A stretch of 64,000 nt of DNA from contig CP017950.1 of NCBI GenBank assembly GCA_002838205.1, forward strand, positions 686,858 to 750,857, in the 5' to 3' direction. The notes below the pieces were generated by a model. That model was not told the origin of the DNA. It did not search any database and worked only from the letters and a program-made list of their open reading frames with translations. Positions 41,909-51,129 of this stretch are shown piece by piece; the first letter of the stretch is position 1; each line of letters starts with the position of its first letter. The translations under genes were made by a program, and so were the position numbers. The stretch is from Tenericutes bacterium MZ-XQ. GTDB taxonomy: Bacteria; Bacillota_I; Bacilli_A; Acholeplasmatales; Acholeplasmataceae.

Positions 41909-42281
41909 CTCTTTTCTATCTTTTTTAGAACTGTTTTTATCTACTTTGTATAGTGTTATTTCGTTTTTTATTACTCATATTATTTTATCATTTATTACCA
42001 TATATGTAAATGTTCTAAACAAGGCATATTTGGCTGATTCTAAATTGCAATAAAGCGAGCATTTTTAATTAAGGAAAATTTTTCATAAGATTCATTAAAA
42101 TGATTAAAACACCTCCATATAAATTGTAATATGGAAGTGTTTTGTTTCTCAGATATAAATTAATAAGTAAGTCCAATAAACAACTATACCCAATCACTTA
42201 AGGATTGGTTTTTATATTTGACATCTTGTAAAATCATTAGTTTTGTGCACGATTTGAAATGCTCTATGTTTTCAGTTTAAC

Positions 42282-42995
42282 CTACAATGGCATACCAAAA
42301 TCACTGACCCAAATATATGCATTAACATTCTTTTTGAAGTCGAATCCTAGTTTTTGTGCTAAGCGTTTTGATGATTCTTTTTTAGACCAACAACTCCAAT
42401 TTGGGGTTAACTGATGATCTAGCAAATACTTGATTAGACACAATGACACCTCAAAAGCCATGTTATTGCCTCGAAAGTTCTCATCAGTAAAAACATCAAT
42501 TTCAACCTGTTTATCGCCTATCATGAATCCTTTACAGTAAGATATGACTTGATCATCTTTTTTAATAACTGCAGTTTTGAAACTAATTTTTGAACCATTG
42601 GTTTGCTCATCAATCAGTTCAACATGATAGCGAAACTGATGTTGATTAAACTGATTTAAAAACTTTTCTTTATCAAGTTCAAAGATGCTTCTTTGATCAA
42701 TAACACCGTTTAATTTATGAAAGACTTTTGTTAAAGTAGGTTTCCATTTTTCTGTAGGTGCAAATAAGATAAACTCATTCTTTTGTTTATTTATAATATA
42801 TTCTTTTATACCTTGATATATTTCTAGATGATGTTCGCTAGATTGTCCTTGAATGAAATGAAAGTCAAATATTGTACACAGGATACTACATTGCTCTTTA
42901 CATTTTATCAAATCATAATTATATTGTCCTTCTAGAGCTGAATAAATGATAGCTCTGTTATGGTCATACTCCAGAAATTTATTTTTGTGATTCAT
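42282..42995 (-). CDS. hypothetical protein with a C-terminal GNAT-like acetyltransferase fold
   Basis: 237 aa. C-terminal region (KGFMIGDKQVEIDVFTDENFRGNNMAFEV) resembles GNAT motif A. Confidence 0.4.
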   Translation of the reverse strand: MNHKNKFLEYDHNRAIIYSALEGQYNYDLIKCKEQCSILCTIFDFHFIQGQSSEHHLEIYQGIKEYIINKQKNEFILFAPTEKWKPTLTKVFHKLNGVIDQRSIFELDKEKFLNQFNQHQFRYHVELIDEQTNGSKISFKTAVIKKDDQVISYCKGFMIGDKQVEIDVFTDENFRGNNMAFEVSLCLIKYLLDHQLTPNWSCWSKKESSKRLAQKLGFDFKKNVNAYIWVSDFGMPL

Positions 42996-43522
42996 GTTTT
43001 TTCTCCTTAATCTCTTCTTTACTACTAAATCTGTTTTTGTGCTAATAGTTCATATTTTCATAAGTCATAAAACAACAACTGTTTATTACAATTATACAAT
43101 AAAAACAGCAAAATTGTTTGTCCAATTAGGTTTGTCCATTTTCCGTCAGTTTTAATAGTATGTTGTCACATTCAATCTGCGTTGAAAAAACCAAATTGCT
43201 TGCAAAATCAACCATGTGTGTATTGAAGTAACATCAAAAACGGCTAAAATATGTTTCCCCTTACATGGTTGAAAACCGTCTATAATACCAAAGAAACATA
43301 TTTTTTGATTTTAACTATTAAATTATTAGATCAAAGTACCATCGTTGATTTCTACATCAAAAGATTGATTTGTAGGGTATAAATCCCCTTTACTTAACTG
43401 TTTAAGGTAATCGATGTTAAAACAATTTAGCACCCTAAAATTATAGCTTTACCAAGAGGATAATCGAAAGCAACTATTGAATAAGTCTTATATATACCAA
43501 TTCAGTTCTGCCTAATTAATGA

Positions 43523-45163
43523 TTAAACTGCACAACAAGATAAATGAGAAACATCTTTTTCAAGCGAGAGGATTGCTAACTTAAGTCCTTCTGACATGGT
43601 TAGATATGGAACCATCGTTTCTTTTAAATCTTGAATCGTTAATCCGAATTTGATGGCCAATGTGGCTGAGTAAATGATCTCACCAGCATCCTCAGCCAAA
43701 ATATGTACACCTATAATTTTGTTAGTTGCTTGATCAACAACAATTTTGAAAAGACCCCTAGTGTCATGATTGACGAGTGCTCTTGGCACCATTTCTAAAT
43801 CAATTGTTCGTGAAACTGTTGAGTATCCTAGCCTGTTTGCTTCATGTTCAGTGTAGCCAACAGATGCGATTGAGGGTGTCGTGAATATAACACTAGGCAC
43901 ATATCTCAAATCTATCGTCTTTTTAACATTACCAAATGCGTTATCCATAACTACTCCACCTTGATAAGCTGCAACGTATACAAACATAGGACCACCAGTG
44001 ACATCACCAGCTGCATAAATATTTTCATTGCTAGTTACACCGAAATCGTTAATTAATATCTCGTTTGTATCACCAAGTTTAACTCCAGCTAAATCAAGAT
44101 TCAAATCTTCTGTACTAGGAGTACGTCCGGCTGCAACGAGTAGTGCTTCACTTTCTAAATATGTTTTCTCGTTGTTTTTTGTGAAATGAATCTGAATCAA
44201 ATCCTGGTTCTTTTCAACTTTGTCATAAGAAATATCATTGATCAATTCAATACCATCAGTCTTTAGTATTTCCTCCATTTTAATCGATATTTCTGAATCA
44301 TACTCTTTTAATAAATAATGACTTCTTCTTAAAAAAGTAACTTTTGATCCCAAATTTTTTAACATTTGTCCGAGTTCTAGTGCAATATATCCAGATCCGA
44401 TAATAACAATACTTTTAGGTGTTTTTTTTAATTCTAGTAATGTAGTACTGGTCAAATAATTAACCTGATCTAACCCCTTTATATTGGGAATCACAGGCTT
44501 AGAACCTGTCGCAATCAAGTATTTATCTGCAGTATAAACGTTGTTATTTACTGAAATTTGACTACTATTGATAAATCTTGCGTGTCCTTTAATAAGTTCA
44601 ATTTGATAAACATCTAGTAAGTTTATATATTTTTTTTGTCTTAACTGGTCAACTAAATGATTCTTTTGGTCAATCAGTTGTTCAAAATTTACCTCGTTTG
44701 ATGATATATTTAATCCTTGAAAATTGTGGCTCTTTGAAAATTGATTTATATAACCTGCACGAATCATGGTTTTTGATGGCACACATCCAACGTTAACACA
44801 TGTGCCTCCAATCGTATCCCGTTCTATAATTGCTACCGTCTTACCATATTCTTTAGCCTTAATTGCTGCAGAAAAAGCAGCACTGCCTGATCCAATAATA
44901 ATTAAATCAAAATCTTTTTTATTGGATGTGCTGTCTTGTGCTATATGATTCTCTTCATGTACAGATTTCAAATAATATGGTGTTTTACTCAATGCCAATT
45001 CAACATCTTTAAAAGAAACGCTTTCATTTGAGACAAATTGAGCAACTCCTGTTTTATAATCAACATCAATGATTTTAACTTCTATAGACCCTAAAGCTTT
45101 TTCTACATGGATTTCACAGGCATCACATGTCATACCTTGAATAACTGCTTCATACTTTTTCAT
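43523..45163 (-). CDS. merA: mercuric reductase (NmerA HMA domain plus FAD-disulfide oxidoreductase plus C-terminal Cys-Cys)
   Basis: N-terminal GMTCDACEIHV HMA motif, redox-active GGTCVNVGCVPSK, C-terminal vicinal cysteines (SHLSCCAV) diagnostic of MerA. Confidence 0.8.
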   Translation of the reverse strand: MKKYEAVIQGMTCDACEIHVEKALGSIEVKIIDVDYKTGVAQFVSNESVSFKDVELALSKTPYYLKSVHEENHIAQDSTSNKKDFDLIIIGSGSAAFSAAIKAKEYGKTVAIIERDTIGGTCVNVGCVPSKTMIRAGYINQFSKSHNFQGLNISSNEVNFEQLIDQKNHLVDQLRQKKYINLLDVYQIELIKGHARFINSSQISVNNNVYTADKYLIATGSKPVIPNIKGLDQVNYLTSTTLLELKKTPKSIVIIGSGYIALELGQMLKNLGSKVTFLRRSHYLLKEYDSEISIKMEEILKTDGIELINDISYDKVEKNQDLIQIHFTKNNEKTYLESEALLVAAGRTPSTEDLNLDLAGVKLGDTNEILINDFGVTSNENIYAAGDVTGGPMFVYVAAYQGGVVMDNAFGNVKKTIDLRYVPSVIFTTPSIASVGYTEHEANRLGYSTVSRTIDLEMVPRALVNHDTRGLFKIVVDQATNKIIGVHILAEDAGEIIYSATLAIKFGLTIQDLKETMVPYLTMSEGLKLAILSLEKDVSHLSCCAV

Positions 45164-45317
45164 ATGTTTTACCTTTCTTATTTTAGTTGTTTAATTCAGT
45201 GTACACATTATATCTAATCTAACTGTCAATAATATTGTATCATGTCCCGAGGATGCTTTCTCTTTATATCCACTTTATTGACGTAAATACAAAGTCTTCT
45301 TAAAAGATCTGGATATC

Positions 45318-45701
45318 ATGACAACCATTCAAAGGGTAATTAAATCAACCATCAAGGTTGATGATGTTGAAAGTATCATTGAAAAGTTAACATTAGAAAG
45401 AGACGAAAACGAAATAGCATTATCCAATCTAATTGATACAAAGGTAAAAAAACCAGATATTCCAGAATCAATATTTAATGCCAAGTATAGAGAATACTCG
45501 GATCGACTTAAAGTTCTAACAGCAGAGATTAACAAGTTTGAACTTGAACACGTAAAAAATTATGATACCAAAAAACGTATGGATAAAATAGGTGAGATTT
45601 TAGGTAAAAAGAATTTAGTCATCGATGAACTTGATTCAGAGATATTAAGTACATTCATCTATAAAATGATATCAGTCAGTCCAAATGAGATCGTATGCTA
45701 A
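45318..45701 (+). pseudogene. C-terminal remnant of a large serine recombinase (DUF4368-like tail)
   Basis: 127 aa ORF. No catalytic domain, but the C-terminal pattern ELDSEILSTFIYKMISVSPNEIV resembles serine recombinase tails. Divergent from merA. Confidence 0.35.
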
Positions 45702-45796
45702 ATTGCCAATACGAACTACACTCATTTTATCACATCACCTAAAGAGTATTCAAAAGGGTTTAAGTCCTCCGTCACTCTACTGTCTAAGGTTCTGAG

Positions 45797-45905
45797 GTTT
45801 AATACAACTTTAGCACCCTAGCCTTCAAATCGTGTAAAAATTTTAGCACCCTAGTGTCATATATATGTAATTTTCTAGCACCCTTAATTTATGGCTTAAT
45901 GAAGC
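45797..45905. repeat. repeat block R1: TAATACAACT plus 3 direct copies of TT(T)AGCACCCT(A) at about 33-bp spacing plus AATTTATGGCTTAATGAAG
   Basis: Read directly in sequence. Related blocks at 43421, 50073, 53572 and (inverted ATGGCTTAA part) 59487. Confidence 0.7.
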
Positions 45906-45978
45906 TGTTTTTATTAAAGACTTGTTAAAAAACATAACCATAAATTGAATAAACTCTATTAAGTTAGTATAATTTAAG

Positions 45979-48321
45979 TTAATTATTTATTTTATAGTTA
46001 TATTTGAGTACCCTCATTGCATTTAGTACTGCTAATAATGACACCCCGACATCAGCAATCACGGCTTCCCACATAGTTGCAATTCCGATAGCTCCTAAGG
46101 CTAAAAACAGGAATTTAACTCCTAATGCGAAGTATATATTTTGCCAAACAATCTTTCTGGTTCTCTTTGCCACAAAGACCGCAGTACCTATCTTAGAAGG
46201 CTCATCATTCATAATCACGACATCAGCTACATCGATGGCTGCATCGGCACCGAGTCCACCCATAGCAATTCCAATATCAGCTCTCGCTAATACTGGTGTA
46301 TCGTTGATACCATCACCTACAAAGAACAGCTTCCCTCTGCTCGATTTTTGGAGTAATAACTTCTCTACAATATTGAGCTTATCTTCAGGCAACAATTCGC
46401 TATGAATTTCATCGATATCTAACTCTTGTCCAACTGTATCAGCAACTAATTTCTTATCACCAGTTAGCATGACAGTTTTTTTTATGCCTAATGACTTCAA
46501 CATTTTAATAGCAGTTTTTGAGTCTTGCTTTATCTGATCTGAAACAACAATATTTCCAACATATTTTCCATTGATAGCGATGTATATAATCGAACCCAAT
46601 GCAATAGATTCCTTGAATTCAACACCCTCTCTTTTCATCAATCTAGCATTCCCGATTGCAATGATATCATTTTGATAAGTTGCTTTTACACCGTGTCCAG
46701 ATATTTCTTCAACATCAGTTATTAAACTTTGATCTATTTCTTTATTGTATTTATTGACGACTGAGACAGCGATAGGATGATTAGAAAAACTTTCCACATA
46801 AGCTGCTTTTTCGAGCAACTCTTCTTGTGTTGCACCATTAGCTGTATTGATTTCAGTCACTGTAAACGTTCCCTCAGTCAATGTGCCAGTCTTATCAAAA
46901 ACTGCAATCTCAATGTTATTTAATGCTTCTAGGTAGTTTCCACCTTTAACTAAGATACCATTTCTTGATGCAGCTCCAATACCACCAAAGAAACCAAGCG
47001 GAATCGATACAACGAGTGCACATGGACACGAAATAACTAAGAATATAAGTGCTCTGTAGATCCATTCCTCAAAAGTTGCACCTTGTATAACGAGTGGTGG
47101 TATTACCGCAATCAAAACAGCCAACGAAGTGACAATTGGAGTATATACTCGTGCAAATTTAGTGATAAAATTCTCGGTTGGTGCTTTTTTGCTGGTTGCA
47201 TTTTCAACCATTTCAAGTACCTTAGAAACAGTTGATTCGCTTGCGAGTTTGGTAACTTTAACGGTCAATAAACCATTGATATTAATACAACCAGAGAGTA
47301 CCATCTCACCTTTTGTAACATTTACAGGCACAGATTCTCCTGTTAGAATTTTTGTGTCAATTGTGGAATCTCCTGACAACACTTCACCATCAAGCGGAAT
47401 TCTTTCGCCTGGTTTAATGATCATTATCTCTCCAGTTTGAACGTCTTCAACACGCATTTCCACAGAAGTGTTGCCTTTTTTAATCGTTGCGACATCAGGT
47501 CTGATTGACATCAATTTTTTTATGGATCTTCTGGATCGATTGACTGCTACGTCTTGGAAAAATTCACCGACCTTATAAAAAATCATAACTGCAACTGCTT
47601 CAGGATGCTCTCCAATAGCAAATGCACCCATAGTTGCTATCGTCATTAAGAAGTTTTCATCGAACACCTTACCTCGATATATGTTATTGACTGCCTTCAG
47701 TACAACTTCTCCACCGATGATGAAATAACTTAGTATAAGTAATACATAACGAAAAACCGTTCCTTCAGCAATCAATAATCCTCCAATAAATAGTAAGATA
47801 CCTATACCGAAGATGATTAAATCTTTCGTCATTGATGATTCTTCATCCACGTGATCTTCATTCTTCACATTTGATTGTGCTATCGTTACGCCTGGTTCAA
47901 TTTTATCAATAATTTTTTGAACCTTTTCTTCTATACGTTTTTGATCTAGCGAATTTTTGAATTGAAGTGTCAGTTTTTTTGCTATAAAATCAACGTTGGC
48001 ACCTAAAATTCCTTCGGTTTTGTTTAATTTTTCTTCAATCTCAGCCGCACAATTTGCACAGTCTAAACCATCTATTGCATAAATGACATTCGGGGTTAGT
48101 TCACATACCTCGACATCACCTTCTTCATCTTTCACAATTTTTTTAATCGTGTCAAATAGTCTTGCAGTATCAGTTGAATCCGCAACTTGTACCTTGATTT
48201 CTTTTGTAACAAAGTTTAAATAACCTTCCTCAACTCCGTTTAACTTCTTTATCTTTTGTTCAATCTTATCTGCACAACTCGCACAGCTTATTTCTGATAA
48301 ACTATATTTAATCTCTTTCAT
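45979..48321 (-). CDS. cadA: Cd/Zn-type P1B heavy-metal translocating ATPase with two N-terminal HMA domains
   Basis: Two CxxC HMA motifs (SCASCADKI, DCANCAAEI), TM CPC motif (ISCPCALV), DKTGTLT phosphorylation site, GDGINDTP. Confidence 0.85.
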   Translation of the reverse strand: MKEIKYSLSEISCASCADKIEQKIKKLNGVEEGYLNFVTKEIKVQVADSTDTARLFDTIKKIVKDEEGDVEVCELTPNVIYAIDGLDCANCAAEIEEKLNKTEGILGANVDFIAKKLTLQFKNSLDQKRIEEKVQKIIDKIEPGVTIAQSNVKNEDHVDEESSMTKDLIIFGIGILLFIGGLLIAEGTVFRYVLLILSYFIIGGEVVLKAVNNIYRGKVFDENFLMTIATMGAFAIGEHPEAVAVMIFYKVGEFFQDVAVNRSRRSIKKLMSIRPDVATIKKGNTSVEMRVEDVQTGEIMIIKPGERIPLDGEVLSGDSTIDTKILTGESVPVNVTKGEMVLSGCININGLLTVKVTKLASESTVSKVLEMVENATSKKAPTENFITKFARVYTPIVTSLAVLIAVIPPLVIQGATFEEWIYRALIFLVISCPCALVVSIPLGFFGGIGAASRNGILVKGGNYLEALNNIEIAVFDKTGTLTEGTFTVTEINTANGATQEELLEKAAYVESFSNHPIAVSVVNKYNKEIDQSLITDVEEISGHGVKATYQNDIIAIGNARLMKREGVEFKESIALGSIIYIAINGKYVGNIVVSDQIKQDSKTAIKMLKSLGIKKTVMLTGDKKLVADTVGQELDIDEIHSELLPEDKLNIVEKLLLQKSSRGKLFFVGDGINDTPVLARADIGIAMGGLGADAAIDVADVVIMNDEPSKIGTAVFVAKRTRKIVWQNIYFALGVKFLFLALGAIGIATMWEAVIADVGVSLLAVLNAMRVLKYNYKINN

Positions 48322-48335
48322 GTTTTTTCTCCATT

Positions 48336-48701
48336 CTACTTATGTTTTAGATGATTCATTGCTTGAGTTATTAACACGTGGACGTGGTCATCGTCAAGCG
48401 AGTAATAAACAACATTTCCTTCTTTTCGGTATTTAACCAAACGATTCTCTCTTAAGGTTTTCAATTGATGTGAGACAGCGGATTGACTGACATTGATCAC
48501 AGCAGACAGATCGCATACACACAACTCGGTTTCTTTTAATGCCAATATGATTTTCATTCTTGTGGGATCGCTAAATGTTTTGAAGAACAAAGTTAGCAGT
48601 GAAATAGATTCATTATCTAGTAAGTTTTTATGGGCTATTTCAATTTTTTCAGGATGAAGAACATTACATTCACAAAACTCTATTATATCTTTTTGATCCA
48701 T
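48336..48701 (-). CDS. cadC: ArsR/SmtB family metalloregulator (CadC-like)
   Basis: 121 aa, ArsR HTH with metal-binding ELCVCDL motif, immediately upstream of cadA. Confidence 0.8.
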   Translation of the reverse strand: MDQKDIIEFCECNVLHPEKIEIAHKNLLDNESISLLTLFFKTFSDPTRMKIILALKETELCVCDLSAVINVSQSAVSHQLKTLRENRLVKYRKEGNVVYYSLDDDHVHVLITQAMNHLKHK

Positions 48702-49144
48702 ACTATCTCCTATCTATATGAGCGCTCATTCATATAGATATATTATATCACAATAAACTACGGAGTCAATAAAAACAACTTCTTTAGATTGCTTCATCGT
48801 TTTTTATGCATTTTTTTAGCATCGAAACAAATAGATTGTAACGAATATTAGGTGCATTTCAGGTTTTAAGTCATTTTTCCCAACTTATTTCGATGAACAA
48901 GAATTTTTTATTATGGTTTTGAGTTAATTATATTGTTTAATCTAAATAATATTTTCTATGATAGAAAATAAAGACACCTTTAAGGATGAAAAATGCCCAT
49001 AACCTTGAGCTATGAGCATTTCATATTGAATCTATCTCGGGATCTGTTTTTACTTGTATGTGGAATATTACCATAACCTAGTGTTATCTGGGAAGCATTT
49101 CTATATAATGGGAAGCCAAGTACCTTATAGGCAGTTATCTTAAA

Positions 49145-49960
49145 TTATTCTTCTTCTGGTTCAATACCAAAGAAGTCACACAAAACGAGATAAGCGACAT
49201 ACCTTTTGGCACCCTTTTTCGACTTAGAAAGTGCTGTTTTTTGAATGGACCAGCTGCGAACATAGCAGGTGCATGACCACCAATACTCACCATCGTCATA
49301 AACTTGCTCATCAGGAAGGTCGTATTGTGGTATGGAGCATCTGCCACTTTCAGCCAATTCTTTAAGTGTGCTGACTGCATTATCCTGTGTTAGATTTTCT
49401 TTTAGCTCATCCATGCCATCTTCTACATCATGTAATTGATCATCAATTTGAAGCATGAATTCCACAGAGTTTTGGAGCTCATCTGGATCCCAATCACTGT
49501 CGATTGCGATAGCACCAAGAATGGCTTCGAATAGCTCAGCTCTAACCTTTTCTTGATTCCATACTTGATTATCAATATCACTTTGACCCAAATACATCAT
49601 CGACTTGAAACCTAACTCTTCAATTCTTCTAGCAAGATTCGCATTACTTACGATTTCTTTCTTCAGCTCAGTAAAATCTTGCTCATTTCGATGAGCCTTA
49701 ATGCAATATTCATCGTTATCTTCTTGCTCATCATATGTATCCGTTTGAGATTTGAAAAATCCATATCTTTCAGCGATGACTTTGGTTACATAAAAATCCA
49801 AAACTCGATCGCCTAAGAACTCTAAAACCTCATTGTTTTCCCCACCAAATTCAGCTGAATAAGACTTTCTTGTGAAAGCTTGAAGCAGCAAATCTGTGTT
49901 CTTAAAATAGTAACTACATTTTCTTTGTACATCATCGATGTGTTCTTTTAAATCCTTCAT
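49145..49960 (-). CDS. ribonuclease III family protein (catalytic domain plus C-terminal dsRBD-like domain)
   Basis: RNase III signature NEVLEFLGDRVL and second catalytic block ELFEAILGAIAIDS. dsRBD-like end SKSKKGAKRYVAYLVL. Likely start MKDLKEHIDD at 49960 (ORF track extends to 50038). Confidence 0.65.
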   Translation of the reverse strand: MKDLKEHIDDVQRKCSYYFKNTDLLLQAFTRKSYSAEFGGENNEVLEFLGDRVLDFYVTKVIAERYGFFKSQTDTYDEQEDNDEYCIKAHRNEQDFTELKKEIVSNANLARRIEELGFKSMMYLGQSDIDNQVWNQEKVRAELFEAILGAIAIDSDWDPDELQNSVEFMLQIDDQLHDVEDGMDELKENLTQDNAVSTLKELAESGRCSIPQYDLPDEQVYDDGEYWWSCTCYVRSWSIQKTALSKSKKGAKRYVAYLVLCDFFGIEPEEE

Positions 49961-50072
49961 TTGATTTCCTCCTATGATTTGTCCGAGAAAATAAAAAAGA
50001 CCTCCCGATAGAATAGGCATACTCCAGCATAGGTACACTTATCCCTTTAATAGGTCTTATTAAATCAAAATT

Positions 50073-50112
50073 GGGTTTGATGACCTATTTTAATACAATT
50101 ACGCACCCTATC
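50073..50112. repeat. repeat block R3: GGGTTTGATGACCTATTTTAATACAATT plus ACGCACCCTAT (single unit)
   Basis: About 85% identical over 40 bp to the left part of R2 (53572-53610). Confidence 0.65.
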
Positions 50113-50445
50113 AAAAGTTAAGCATCCTACTATTTCCATGCATATGATGAACCCATCCAATGTAGTGATTCTTACATAAAGAGATACTTGTCCCTTGGTG
50201 TGGTCATATCTTTGTTTAAACGCTCATCTTTCATTACTTCTTCCTCCCCAGAATAGTTCATCTAGTGTTGTGTTTAATTCTTTACAATTTGCAATACAAA
50301 GTTTTAGTGATGGATTATATACTTCTTTTTCGATGAGTATAATATTTGTCTAGAAACTCACATTTGTTATGCAAGATCCTCCTTAGATAATCCAAGAAGA
50401 ACTCTTTATGATTAAAAAAAGACTCTATAAGAGTCTTTGGAGTAA

Positions 50446-51129
50446 CTATATATGATCAGGATTAATTAATAGTTCTAGCTGATACATATCTTTGATTTTT
50501 ACAAATTTATTATTCATAATTTCTATATAACCTAGATCATCTAAAGCTTTAAGTTTTCTACTAAATGTCTCTGGTGTCATCCCTAATTGAGAAGCCAGAT
50601 TAACTTTTGTCGTATGGAACTTAACCATACCATCTTTTTGAAGATCAAGTAATAATCTAGAAACTTTAGCTTCTGCAGAATATAAGTGATGATATTCAAT
50701 GAGTGCTTCTGCTTTTTCTAATCGATTAGATAACTCATTGAGCATTTTAAACGATAAAGCTGGGCTTTCTGCCATTAGTTTCTTTAACCTTTTATTTTCA
50801 ACTAAACATATAACTGTTGGTTCTAAAGCTTCTGCATATGTATTGACTTTAGAATCATTAAACAAAGCGAGTTCTCCTAAAAAATCACCATGAGAAAGAA
50901 TTCTAATCACTTGTTCTTTACCATCTTCTGCATATCTAGTCATTTTAATTTTCCCACGATGTACAACATAAAGACTCTTTATATACTCTCCTGCTGTATA
51001 TATAAAATCACCTTTATCTAATTTTTGATGATTAGAAATCATGATAATTTCATCTAGTTCTTTTTCATTAAGATTTTTGAAGATCGGAACTGCTTTTATG
51101 CAATTGCTTGGTTCTAGATCTTTTGTCAT
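50446..51129 (-). CDS. Crp/Fnr family transcriptional regulator
   Basis: cNMP-binding domain plus C-terminal HTH (SRKLKALDDLGYI). Start region overlaps about 60 nt of the upstream ATPase gene. Confidence 0.75.
   Translation of the reverse strand: MTKDLEPSNCIKAVPIFKNLNEKELDEIIMISNHQKLDKGDFIYTAGEYIKSLYVVHRGKIKMTRYAEDGKEQVIRILSHGDFLGELALFNDSKVNTYAEALEPTVICLVENKRLKKLMAESPALSFKMLNELSNRLEKAEALIEYHHLYSAEAKVSRLLLDLQKDGMVKFHTTKVNLASQLGMTPETFSRKLKALDDLGYIEIMNNKFVKIKDMYQLELLINPDHI

Noticed and set aside
43523-45163. Alternative call of the 546-aa flavoprotein as dihydrolipoamide dehydrogenase or another class I pyridine nucleotide-disulfide oxidoreductase
   Set aside because: The N-terminal GMTCxxC HMA domain and the C-terminal Cys-Cys pair are specific to MerA. 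Lpd lacks both.
45797-45905. Possible CRISPR array (three spaced direct repeats). The same applies at 53597-53660
   Set aside because: There are only three short (9-11 nt) repeats with variable 20-33 bp spacing, no cas genes, and the repeats are embedded in longer conserved blocks shared between loci. They are better explained as protein-binding iterons or element ends.
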